From IMG/VR virus record IMGVR_UViG_3300045988_176106: DNA of 64,000 bases; one strand, written 5' to 3'. The position numbers and the translations under genes are program-made. Source of the stretch: a virus. The notes beneath the pieces are model-generated. The model did no database searches, was not told where the DNA came from, and saw only the letters and a list, made by a program, of their open reading frames with translations. Positions 39,071-48,003 of this stretch are shown one piece after another (position 1 is the first letter of the stretch; every line of letters starts with the position of its first letter).

Positions 39071-39279
39071 TAACAGCTCCCAATAGAGTCTGTATAACCA
39101 TGAGTATGCTCAGATAAAGCTTCTAAAAATGTACGCATATCATTAATGTCATTAATTCTAATATCATCATTAGTAGATACACGTTTAACAGATCCAGCAC
39201 CATCAGTTCTCATAAGAGAACTACTACCAGTAGTCCATTGAGGAATACTGAATCCAACAGGTTTACTTGTTTCAGGCAT
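39070..39279 (-). CDS. 69-aa peptide (Gly/Ser/Thr-rich N-terminal half; C-terminus ..SEHTHGYTDSIGSC)
   Basis: RBS AAGGGA lies upstream. It is the first gene after the dnaE-N terminator and is coupled to the 213-aa ORF. Confidence 0.45.
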   Translation of the reverse strand: MPETSKPVGFSIPQWTTGSSSLMRTDGAGSVKRVSTNDDIRINDINDMRTFLEALSEHTHGYTDSIGSC

Positions 39280-39349
39280 TTTATTCCCTTCTAAAAAGAA
39301 TTTATTATTCTATGGGATATATCTATCCACTTATATAACTTATATGATA

Positions 39350-39371
39350 AGCCACTTAATTAAAAGTGGCT
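39350..39371 (-). terminator. hairpin after the dnaE N-terminal gene
   Basis: Minus strand reads AGCCACTT-TTAATT-AAGTGGCT, 19 nt after the stop. The U-tract is weak. Confidence 0.4.
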
Positions 39372-39389
39372 ATACCTAAAAGTATTTAT

Positions 39390-40751
39390 TTACAATTCTT
39401 TATTATTCCATTCTTTCAATGGATAACCAGGAATTTCTACAAGAGGATATTTAGCACGACCACGATTTAAATATCTAGAAAATAACAGACCATAAGGAAT
39501 AGGATCAATAGCAGTCAACCCTAGCGCAAAGGATAATAAACTTCCGGCAGCACTTCCTCGCCCAGGTCCAGTCATAATATCATTATTTTTAGCATATTCA
39601 ATAATATCTTGAAGTACAAGGGGGTAAGAACTAAAACCCATTTTTTCGTAGAGACTCAATTCTTCTTCGAGTCTATCTTCATAAAGCTTTTTCTTGTCAT
39701 CTTCAAAATCTTTTGTATAAATATCATACCATGCATATGCACGATCTCTTAAAACTTTATCTGGATCATCAAATGGTTCTGGATATACCATCCTATCGCT
39801 ACTAGGTAATTCTACATTACACATTTCGGCAATTTTATTAGTATTCTTAAATGCCTCTAAATCTTCAGGATTAGAATAATATTCCTCAACAAGAACATGA
39901 TACGGTTTAACATAATACTGAGATGGCTGATAAAACATAGAATTATTATCCACATCAGAATCATCTTTTTCAGTATCTGTTAAATCAACATCTTTAACAG
40001 CCTTATTTAATTGTCCGCCAGTATTAAGCATAACAAGTTTCATATGAGAATCAGATTCCCAAGGATAAACATAATGGCTATCACAAGTAATAATCATTGG
40101 TATATCATGTTTTTTAGACAGCGCTGTTAAATTCTTATTAGCTAAATCTTGCTCTTTTAATCCAGTATAAGTCTTTTCGAGATAAAAACGGTCTTTAAAT
40201 ATATCTTTTAATATTAAAGCAATTTGTTCAGCTTCTTCTTCTTTGCCATCAAGATAAAGCTGATTTATAGGCCCACCAAGACATGCACTAGTACATATAA
40301 TCCCCTCATTATTTTCTCTTAATAAATCAAGATCAAATCTAGGTTTATAATACTTATATCTTGTCCATGCAATAGATGTAATTTTCATTAGGTTTTTATA
40401 CCCAACATTATTCATAGCGATAAGAAGGATATGGTAATTAGCCTTATATCCTTCTATTTTTTCTTTTCTTGAGCCGCTATGAAGAGTCATGTATCCTTCA
40501 TTTGCAAATATAGGTTTAATACCATATTTTTTACAAATTTTTTCTTGGTCTTTATGCCCCATCATATTGCCGTGCTCAGAAAGACACAATCCTTTAAATC
40601 CGAGAGCTTTTGCTCTTTCACAGTAATCTTGTAATTTCCCATAACCATCTAGTGGGCTAAACACACTATGCGCATGAAGATTAGTATACATACCAAAATC
40701 TTCAGGTTTAATATCTCCATTAGGATTATCAGGAGTAGATACAAAACTCAT
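39390..40751 (-). CDS. dnaE: DNA polymerase III alpha (DnaE-type), N-terminal gene: PHP domain plus first palm segment
   Basis: PHP motifs NLHAHSVFSPLDG and LSEHGNM. GPGRGSAAGSLLSFALGLTAIDPIPYGLLFSRYLNRGRA aligns with E. coli [39 protein letters not shown]. About 20 unrelated aa and a stop follow. Confidence 0.85.
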   Translation of the reverse strand: MSFVSTPDNPNGDIKPEDFGMYTNLHAHSVFSPLDGYGKLQDYCERAKALGFKGLCLSEHGNMMGHKDQEKICKKYGIKPIFANEGYMTLHSGSRKEKIEGYKANYHILLIAMNNVGYKNLMKITSIAWTRYKYYKPRFDLDLLRENNEGIICTSACLGGPINQLYLDGKEEEAEQIALILKDIFKDRFYLEKTYTGLKEQDLANKNLTALSKKHDIPMIITCDSHYVYPWESDSHMKLVMLNTGGQLNKAVKDVDLTDTEKDDSDVDNNSMFYQPSQYYVKPYHVLVEEYYSNPEDLEAFKNTNKIAEMCNVELPSSDRMVYPEPFDDPDKVLRDRAYAWYDIYTKDFEDDKKKLYEDRLEEELSLYEKMGFSSYPLVLQDIIEYAKNNDIMTGPGRGSAAGSLLSFALGLTAIDPIPYGLLFSRYLNRGRAKYPLVEIPGYPLKEWNNKEL

Positions 40752-40766
40752 ATCAATCTCTTTAAT

Positions 40767-41267
40767 TTACTTAAAAATATTTTCAAATTTTTTAATATCA
40801 ATATCTTTATAATCTTTATTATAAATAAATTCGATATCTTCCGATACTATACATTTAATACCTAAATCCTCTAGTGCCCAAAGAAACCATGCTTTTGCAC
40901 GGATCTCATTATACATAGATTGCTCTTTAGGCTTCCACATAGTATACGGCAAAGGCCATATTTTCTTAATTAATCTGATAGATCTACTTTCATTAAAATT
41001 AGATTTATTATTTACAACTAACATATAACATCTATATACATTAAATTTGTCAAAAGTAGACATTTCATTAATTTGTGATCTAAAAGATTCATCTTCTTCA
41101 TAATGTCTTTTAAACTTAGCCAATTCTTTTTTGGCTTCATTTAAAATGACTTTATCTTCTTTATAAACAAGTACATAGTAAATAGAAAGTAAAAGCAATA
41201 AAGGTAGCATAAATATAAGCATTACAAATATTGCTATTAAATAAAAAATAGATTTTAATTTATCCAT
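40767..41267 (-). CDS. membrane-anchored hypothetical protein
   Basis: N-terminal TM segment (IFYLIAIFVMLIFMLPLLLLLSIYYVLV). 166 aa. Confidence 0.4.
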   Translation of the reverse strand: MDKLKSIFYLIAIFVMLIFMLPLLLLLSIYYVLVYKEDKVILNEAKKELAKFKRHYEEDESFRSQINEMSTFDKFNVYRCYMLVVNNKSNFNESRSIRLIKKIWPLPYTMWKPKEQSMYNEIRAKAWFLWALEDLGIKCIVSEDIEFIYNKDYKDIDIKKFENIFK

Positions 41268-41752
41268 TAATATAATCCATCTAAATTAGGAGGGTAATAA
41301 TTTGGACCTTTAATAACTTTACCAAATTCATCTTTTACAGCTTTGCCATCAACTAATTTTGACATATTAGAGCCATGAACAATATTAAATGACTCTTCCA
41401 AATCAAAACCAAATGTATTTGCAGCACCAATATTTACATATTCAATATCCGTAATAGCATCTAAAACTTCTTTCATATTTACATCTTTAGGATTAAAATC
41501 CTGATGCTTAGATGCAAGTTCCAAAGCGGACATTGCAGCTTTTAAGCTTACAAAAACCATTTTAGTATAAGGAAGTTTTCTACTTTCACCATTAAATAGT
41601 GCCTCAATAAATTCTGTAACTTCCTCAAGAGTAAGCTTAGCTCTTAAATAGACAGCTTCTTTCGACGGAACTTTAGGAGTATAATTTACTTCTTGTTCAC
41701 AAGCTTCCATAAATTCTCTTATTGAATCTTGAGCGTTTTTTATTTTTTCCAT
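41267..41752 (-). CDS. MazG/HisE-like nucleoside triphosphate pyrophosphohydrolase
   Basis: LTLEEVTEFIEAL ... VLDAITDIEYVNIGAA ... FNIVHGSNMSKL matches the all-alpha NTP-PPase pattern by eye. Confidence 0.5.
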   Translation of the reverse strand: MEKIKNAQDSIREFMEACEQEVNYTPKVPSKEAVYLRAKLTLEEVTEFIEALFNGESRKLPYTKMVFVSLKAAMSALELASKHQDFNPKDVNMKEVLDAITDIEYVNIGAANTFGFDLEESFNIVHGSNMSKLVDGKAVKDEFGKVIKGPNYYPPNLDGLY

Positions 41753-42012
41753 GTTATAGAAAACCCTTTTAATTTAGAATCTTGTTCTTTAACTTTTACA
41801 TTAAAACCATTTAATTCTAACAATTTTATACAAATTCTAACATCATGTTCTGTATAATTCTCATTCATTTCGAAGGAATAACCATCATACAGATTAGACC
41901 CAGAAATATCAAGGCTATGATAACCATTAAATACTTGTCCTAAAGTACCAATAAAAAGAGAGACCGCATCCTTATGGGCGCGGTCATAAATAATATCAGA
42001 GAATTTACTCAT
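41740..42012 (-). CDS. hypothetical protein
   Basis: 90-aa ORF overlapping both neighbours. Confidence 0.4.
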   Translation of the reverse strand: MSKFSDIIYDRAHKDAVSLFIGTLGQVFNGYHSLDISGSNLYDGYSFEMNENYTEHDVRICIKLLELNGFNVKVKEQDSKLKGFSITWKK

Positions 42013-42451
42013 CTAATACTTCACTTTCAGAAGCTTCTTTTACATCTTCATCAGACATTTGATCAAAAATTGAGTCTTTATTCTTATTAACAATATGTCT
42101 CAATTCTTCTAGATGCTCTGGGTGTTCTTTATAATAAACACAACATCCATTTTCGCCCTGACATTTGATATATTCATCTTTATCATTTTTGACAGGGATA
42201 GTAAACCATGCACCAGCTCTAGTGATAATACCAGCTTTAACAGCTGTAGAAACTAATTCTTCAACAGCATTAAATCCTACACCAAAATAAAGATTACTTT
42301 CAGCAACACCAAATGGATTACCTACTTTATTTTTAACAACAGAGAATTCTACTCTTTGACCAATATAATTATCATTTAACCCTTTTATTCGCATAGATGG
42401 AGTAGAGTTAACTTTAACACGTGTACTTGAGTAAAATGGAATTGCTCTTCC
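42005..42451 (-). CDS. recA: RecA recombinase, exon 2
   Basis: GRAIPFYSSTRVKV...VVKNKVGNPF...GAWFT aligns with E. coli GNALKFYASVRLDI...VVKNKIAAPF...GAWYS. It starts right after the intron-terminal G (..CAAATTG|GGAAGA). Confidence 0.85.
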   Translation of the reverse strand, partial: GRAIPFYSSTRVKVNSTPSMRIKGLNDNYIGQRVEFSVVKNKVGNPFGVAESNLYFGVGFNAVEELVSTAVKAGIITRAGAWFTIPVKNDKDEYIKCQGENGCCVYYKEHPEHLEELRHIVNKNKDSIFDQMSDEDVKEASESEVLDE

Positions 42452-42751
42452 CAATTTGTTATCGCAGAGTTTTTTATCTCTGCTTCTACATCATTACAAT
42501 GTAGTTCAGCATATTTTTTTACCATATCTAAAAAGACTTAGGTATAGCGGCCTCGTGGAAGCATTATATTCTATTTATTAGTTTCAGCTTCTATGCGTTG
42601 CCCCTGACTGGGCCGTTAGGGCCAGCCTTCGGTTCGAGTTGTCCTATCTAAGAGGGAGGATTTTCTCGCTTAATTCCGCTATCGTGATTCATAATGTTTC
42701 CACTATGAACGGCAGAATAAATCATACTTAAGTAGTTGATTTATATAAATT
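42452..42751 (-). mobile_element. group I intron (ORF-less) in recA, intron D
   Basis: It interrupts GGSVTPG|GRAIPFY. The 5' exon ends in U (GGT|AAT) and the intron ends in G. An internal GCCG could pair with exon CGGU (P1). It is homologous to dnaE intron B. Confidence 0.75.
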
Positions 42752-43450
42752 ACCGGGAGTTACAGATCCGCCCCAAAGGTCCATCTTATCTCTTATTTGA
42801 TTAACAAATATAAGAGTTGTATTAGACCGTTTAAGAGGTTTCAGCAATTGAGGAATAGACTTAGACAAGAATCTAGCTTTTTCAGCCATAGTTTCTTGTG
42901 TAAAATCTCCACTCATTTCACGTTTAGTTTGTATTGCAGGCACACTATCCAAAATGATTAAACTGAATGCACCAGTTTTAATAGCATTATTTATAATATC
43001 AAATGCTTCTTCAGCAGAGTTAACTTGAGTAAATAAAATTCTCTCATCATTTTCCATATCAAGTCCAAGTAACTTCATATATCTAAAGTTTTGAGCTTGC
43101 TCTGCATCAATATACAATATAAATTTATCAGGATGCTTTTTAAGTGCATTAGCACAAGTCATAGTAACGATAGAAGATTTGCCACTACCAGACTGTCCAT
43201 GAATTTCATGAACTCTACCTTCTGCCCATCCACCATTACCAATAAGAGCGTCCAATATTGCACTACCAGTAGGGATGCCTTCAAGATTCATATCATAATC
43301 AGTTATAAATACTTGATCGCCATCACCATACTTTTTATTCATACTTCTTTTTAATATTTCTATTGCCGCTCTATTATCTTTTGATATTTCAGCAACAACA
43401 CCAGAAGATACTTCTTTATCTTCTTTTACATCTTTTGCAACTCTTGCCAT
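42752..43450 (-). CDS. recA: RecA recombinase, exon 1
   Basis: TGSAILDALIGNGGWAEGRVHEIHGQSGSGKSS (Walker A), IDAEQA, LIILDSVPA, and LIFVNQIR. Colinear with E. coli RecA. Confidence 0.9.
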
Positions 43451-43465
43451 ATTTAATTCCTATTA

Positions 43466-43990
43466 TTATTGGTATTGGAATTGATATTTATTTTCTATAG
43501 CAATTATATATCCAAGACTATTTAGTCTTGAATCATAAAATTTTATTTTCTCTTTTTGAGATTCCCAAAAATTCAAAAAGATTTCTGCTATATTCATAGC
43601 AATATATTCTTTATTACATCTAAAACTGGCTAATTGATTTATTGTGTCATTACCGGGAATTCTTTTACCAGCATTAGAATCTTGGAATTCTTGAATAACT
43701 TCATTCCTTTTTAAAGCGAGATTTCTTTCATAATGCATCTCACACGATTTAAAAGATGATTTAGCATAAGAATAATTATTTATTATTAATCTGCATATTC
43801 TTAAGAATTCAATATTAGAAGTTTTCAGCTCGTCAAGACCATCTGTTTCATTAATTGGCGGTAGCTCTAATAAACTTTCCCATTCTACTAAACTCTTGCC
43901 TCTAAATTTGGCATGAGCCATAAAATCAGATGTAACACTATCATAATCCGGATATCCCTCTAGTGCTGTATCTGCTATAGAATCAGTCAT
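43466..43990 (-). CDS. hypothetical protein
   Basis: 174-aa ORF. No motif recognised. Confidence 0.4.
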   Translation of the reverse strand: MTDSIADTALEGYPDYDSVTSDFMAHAKFRGKSLVEWESLLELPPINETDGLDELKTSNIEFLRICRLIINNYSYAKSSFKSCEMHYERNLALKRNEVIQEFQDSNAGKRIPGNDTINQLASFRCNKEYIAMNIAEIFLNFWESQKEKIKFYDSRLNSLGYIIAIENKYQFQYQ

Positions 43991-44300
43991 TTTTAAACCT
44001 TTCAGATAGCTTAATTAATACATGAGATTGCAATAACAATTGCAATCCTATATTTTCAGGATATTCATTACAATGCCTTTCAATACTCCAAGCATCATCA
44101 GGATTAAGATTAGATAAATCTGGATCTTTCTGAGTAAATTGTAAAGCAAATAATCTTACAATATTACCAATCATAATTAAAAACTCTTCATTAGTTGGAT
44201 AATCTTTTTCCAACACTTCAGAATAAGCCTTAATAAGATTTTTAACTTTTACTTTGTTCATTATTATTCTTTTCAAATAAAAGTCCATAAGCAACGGCAA
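43983..44300 (-). CDS. hypothetical protein (true start probably the internal Met at 44261)
   Basis: The ORF overlaps the ruvC 3' end by 59 nt. The MNKVKV Met reduces the overlap to 20 nt. Confidence 0.35.
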   Translation of the reverse strand: MPLLMDFYLKRIIMNKVKVKNLIKAYSEVLEKDYPTNEEFLIMIGNIVRLFALQFTQKDPDLSNLNPDDAWSIERHCNEYPENIGLQLLLQSHVLIKLSERFKND

Positions 44301-44763
44301 TTGCTACAGCATCTGATTCATCATAATTATTAAAATCAATAGAATCAAAATCTTCAATATATTTAGATAAAGAATCTCTTACTTCTTCTTTTGTAGCTCT
44401 ACCGCTTCCAGCAACAATCTTTTTAACAGATTGAGGTGCCAATACATCGAATGATTTTTTAAGATTATTGACTATTTGAAATCTATATAATCCACCAAGT
44501 TCGCCTAAGTCGGCTATCTTACCTGGAGATCCATAACTATAATTTTCAAGAACAAAAAAGGATATCTCTTTAGCAGCAGAAAAGTTCTCAGTATAAAATT
44601 TAAATACCTGATAATTTTCTAACTTTCTATCAAATCCCTTTGAGTGTCTAGATGGACTAATAGTCTTCTTATCAATAAGCTTAAATTTGCTGTCGCCAAG
44701 ATATTCGACGACAGCAATACCAGTCGATGATATAGATATATCTACACCAGCAAAATAGGCCAT
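44242..44763 (-). CDS. ruvC: RuvC-like Holliday junction resolvase
   Basis: FAGVDISISSTGIAVV (Asp 1), VLENYSYG (Glu), and YDESDAVAIAVAYG (Asp-x-x-Asp region). Confidence 0.8.
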   Translation of the reverse strand: MAYFAGVDISISSTGIAVVEYLGDSKFKLIDKKTISPSRHSKGFDRKLENYQVFKFYTENFSAAKEISFFVLENYSYGSPGKIADLGELGGLYRFQIVNNLKKSFDVLAPQSVKKIVAGSGRATKEEVRDSLSKYIEDFDSIDFNNYDESDAVAIAVAYGLLFEKNNNEQSKS

Positions 44764-44764
44764 A

Positions 44765-45145
44765 TTATTTATGGCCCATAAAGTAATTCTCTAGTGCAGC
44801 ATCTAATACGCTACGAGTATCACCAGCAGATGTAATATCTTTAATCATTTGTGCTTTAACAACATCAATAGCACCAAGAGCCTTGTAAACATCCATATTG
44901 GTATTATAAACAAGGGCTCCTTGAGTATTAAATCTAATATCAAAATACTCTACATTGCTTATTACTTCACTTTTATCTGGAGAATCTGATTCTGTGATGC
45001 TTTTTGGAGCATCTTTATATTCAGCAGATACAACATCCAACATATCTAAATTATTAGGCGGTGTAGTAGAAAGATCAGAGGAACTTTCCCCACTTGTAGC
45101 AATTACTTCACCGTCATTAACAGAAGTTAAATTTTCCATTATCAA
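44765..45145 (-). CDS. hypothetical acidic protein
   Basis: 126-aa ORF, coupled upstream by ATGA. Confidence 0.4.
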   Translation of the reverse strand: MIMENLTSVNDGEVIATSGESSSDLSTTPPNNLDMLDVVSAEYKDAPKSITESDSPDKSEVISNVEYFDIRFNTQGALVYNTNMDVYKALGAIDVVKAQMIKDITSAGDTRSVLDAALENYFMGHK

Positions 45146-45918
45146 TCCTTAATCCAAAAATCAATTTTATCTGAACCATAAATTAAAGCCATTTTTACTA
45201 TATTGCACATATCCTTATACGATAAATGTGCACCAGGAATTTTGTCATCAATAACATTTCCGGGGTAAATATTGAGAACTTTTCCTTCACTATTAGTAAG
45301 TGATATTCTATTAGTCAACTTAAGAGATTTACCAAGTCCAGGATCAGAAAGTTTTATTTCTTCTAAAACTTTATTAAGAAGATCCTCTACATTTATTGAT
45401 ACTAATTCTTCTGAATTTGTTATTACCTGGTCTTGTTTTTTAGAACCTAACTCTTTTTCTAATGGATCTTCGGCTAATCCAAAAGCTCCATCATCATGAA
45501 TCTTAGGTTCAGGTTTCATAACATTATCATTAGATTTTAAAAGTTCGAGATTCTTTTTAAAATCTTGGAGCAATTCCCAAAGTTGCATTTTATCATCGCT
45601 AACAGCAATGCTGGACGCATATTCCTTAATAGATCCAGTAAGGCCATATAATAGAACGCCTCTTTCTTTATCCACTATTGCGCCATTTAAAAGATCTTTA
45701 GCTTTATAAATCTTAGCGTCAATAAATTTACGAGCAATTACACCAAATAAACTATTAAAACATATAAATAAATTTTTATCAGATATGTCAATATCTGTAG
45801 ATGACACATCTAAAACCTTTATAAAGCTTTCAGAAACATCAATAAAAGATAAAACTTTTTTAATATCTTCTATATCAGTATTAGAAACTTTATCAGCTAT
45901 AATATAAACATTTTTCAT
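45142..45918 (-). CDS. hypothetical protein translationally coupled to the RT
   Basis: 258 aa. Its ATG shares one nucleotide with the RT stop (TAATG at 45916-45920). Confidence 0.45.
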   Translation of the reverse strand: MKNVYIIADKVSNTDIEDIKKVLSFIDVSESFIKVLDVSSTDIDISDKNLFICFNSLFGVIARKFIDAKIYKAKDLLNGAIVDKERGVLLYGLTGSIKEYASSIAVSDDKMQLWELLQDFKKNLELLKSNDNVMKPEPKIHDDGAFGLAEDPLEKELGSKKQDQVITNSEELVSINVEDLLNKVLEEIKLSDPGLGKSLKLTNRISLTNSEGKVLNIYPGNVIDDKIPGAHLSYKDMCNIVKMALIYGSDKIDFWIKD

Positions 45919-47954
45919 TAATTGACACCTATACTATTTTCAATAGTTTCAAATAGATTTATAAACTCTAAAGCAATTTTATCGCCATAAAAAATGGTTT
46001 TTAAATCAGAATAATATGATTTATCATTTATAGAATCAGAAAACACATCAAGCGGGAAAGAGATTATACTAGTATTTCTAAGATTAACTTTTGCAAATAA
46101 TCTTCTATCGCCAAGCTCATTATTACTTGCATAACTATAATTAAATAAAAAGTCTTTATATAATATATAATATATTAAAGTAAGTCTTAATTCGGGAATA
46201 CTAACTCTTTCCAATATATTCCTATTAGGAATAAATGCCCCACCAATGCTTTCATATTTTCTAATCGATATAGATTTCATAAATAAATCTGCGGAATCTT
46301 TTTCATGATATATGCGTATAATTGAATTAAGATATTCAGATTTTGAAACTTTTGAATTTTTAGATATGCTGTAAAACAATTCTCTGAAATCTTTTACTAC
46401 AGATTTATCAAAATATTTATCAAAAACATTTCTTAATCTATCGTCATTTAATTTAACATTCATACCATGATGGATAACGAAATCTTTGGTACCATTATTA
46501 TTAATACAATAAGATAAGAATCCTTTTGTTTTAGAGTCATAATTAAAATCCAAAGAATTAGAAATTAAATCAATCATTTCTTTACGTTTTGTAGATCCGA
46601 TATGAACAGTAGATTCAGAGGTCTTTCCAGGAGCAGGCACTACCAATCCCAAAATAGAAGCGTCTTCATGTCTTCTAAAAATCTTAGTCTTACTATAATT
46701 AAGATGAAGCCCATATCGATTAACAAGCTCATCTACTTTCTTAGCAATAGAGAAATCTATTTTATTTTCAGCAGACGTATTTGATGTGTAAATAGTAATA
46801 TCGTCAGCATATCTAATAAAATTATATTTAACATCCGTAGAAAGATCTTTTAGTAAACTTTTAAGTTTTATATCAAAATCCAATAAAAATATATTGCTTA
46901 ATACAGGGCTATAAGAAGCACCAGTAGGCAATTTATTATTATGCATTAAAAAAGACAGTGTTCTATAAAAGAATTGAAGAAAATATTCTCTTTTATCCGG
47001 CATACTTGGCTCTCTTAATGCAATAAATGAACCACTATCATTTACTTTATAAGACCCCGATACATTATTGCTACCAGAAGTAAAGAATTTATATAGCCTT
47101 CCCATCATTTTAATATCTTTGTATGGTTTAATTCTTCTAGGAAAAGCGAAAACACTTCTTATACTAAGCTTATTAAGATATATGCCATACTCATTAAATT
47201 TAAAAGATTTTGGACAACTTACTAAATCTTCAGATTCTTTAAACGAACTTTTTACAGCAGAAACATCTAAAGGCTTATTAAATACATACTCTAAATATTT
47301 ATATTTTTTACCAGAAATAGAATCAAATAAAATATTTACAACATCATTATCAAAGAATTTTTTCATATCAACATTGTTAAAAAATTTAGCAATGTCTATA
47401 TTAATAACTTCAGAGCGTTTATTCTGTAAAGTTTGCATTATTGACGCAATAGAAATATTTCTTCTAAATCCTATAATATTATGGTATAATCCTAAGCTTG
47501 AAATAGCTTTATCATATTCTTGTTCAAATATAAGAGTATAAAGACGATGAAAATATTTTATATTATTTATATCTTCTGCAGACAAAAGAGTATTTATAGT
47601 AGTGATTTTTCTACCTTTTCTATTTGTATAGTTCCTAAACAAAATTGTATCAGCAAAATCAGAAAGAAATTCAGATACAATAGAATAAGATTTTAATAGT
47701 TCGTCTCTTCCGCCAAAGTCGGGGAAATACATTTCCCGAAATTTATTTTTATTTACGCATTGGTTTAAAATGCCAATAGATTTAGTAACACTATCTTTAC
47801 TATTCTTGATATAGCATTTTTGACCTAAGTCTTTGTTAATGGCAGATTCACCTTTGATAATTTGATCTAAAATTAAGGAACACTTATTAGCATATCCAGA
47901 TGTAACAACAATAAGTGAATACCAAAATCTATTATCTGTAATATATCTATACAT
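45918..47954 (-). CDS. reverse transcriptase (retron/group II/Abi-like catalytic core) with large unique N- and C-terminal regions
   Basis: Motif A is INIDIAKFFNNV, motif B is LPTGASYSPVLSNIFL, motif C is FIRYADDITIY, and motif D is LHLNYSKTKIF. About 130 aa are inserted between motifs A and B, and the C-terminal region is ~230 aa. Confidence 0.85.
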   Translation of the reverse strand: MYRYITDNRFWYSLIVVTSGYANKCSLILDQIIKGESAINKDLGQKCYIKNSKDSVTKSIGILNQCVNKNKFREMYFPDFGGRDELLKSYSIVSEFLSDFADTILFRNYTNRKGRKITTINTLLSAEDINNIKYFHRLYTLIFEQEYDKAISSLGLYHNIIGFRRNISIASIMQTLQNKRSEVINIDIAKFFNNVDMKKFFDNDVVNILFDSISGKKYKYLEYVFNKPLDVSAVKSSFKESEDLVSCPKSFKFNEYGIYLNKLSIRSVFAFPRRIKPYKDIKMMGRLYKFFTSGSNNVSGSYKVNDSGSFIALREPSMPDKREYFLQFFYRTLSFLMHNNKLPTGASYSPVLSNIFLLDFDIKLKSLLKDLSTDVKYNFIRYADDITIYTSNTSAENKIDFSIAKKVDELVNRYGLHLNYSKTKIFRRHEDASILGLVVPAPGKTSESTVHIGSTKRKEMIDLISNSLDFNYDSKTKGFLSYCINNNGTKDFVIHHGMNVKLNDDRLRNVFDKYFDKSVVKDFRELFYSISKNSKVSKSEYLNSIIRIYHEKDSADLFMKSISIRKYESIGGAFIPNRNILERVSIPELRLTLIYYILYKDFLFNYSYASNNELGDRRLFAKVNLRNTSIISFPLDVFSDSINDKSYYSDLKTIFYGDKIALEFINLFETIENSIGVN

Positions 47955-47977
47955 ATTATTTTTCTTATAATAAAAAT

Positions 47978-48003
47978 GCCTGTACTCAATTAAGAGTACA
48001 GGC
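47978..48003 (-). terminator. rho-independent terminator between the E1-like gene and the RT
   Basis: Minus strand reads GCCTGTACTC-TTAATT-GAGTACAGGC (10 bp) followed by ATTTTTATTAT. Confidence 0.75.

Noticed and set aside
34650-39389. Split intein or giant intron joining the two dnaE genes
   Set aside because: The N gene ends with 20 unrelated residues and lacks a Cys/Ser-initiated IntN. The C gene starts with its own Met and lacks an IntC ..HN + Cys/Ser/Thr. The two genes carry duplicate copies of the same helix, which is incompatible with simple ligation. No group I boundary features are visible.
45918-47954. Diversity-generating retroelement (DGR) interpretation of the RT
   Set aside because: I saw no template/variable repeat pair in the window, including in the fibre genes. 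Motif B is of the SP type rather than the DGR SQ type. No Avd-like small gene is adjacent. This cannot be fully excluded without a whole-genome repeat search.
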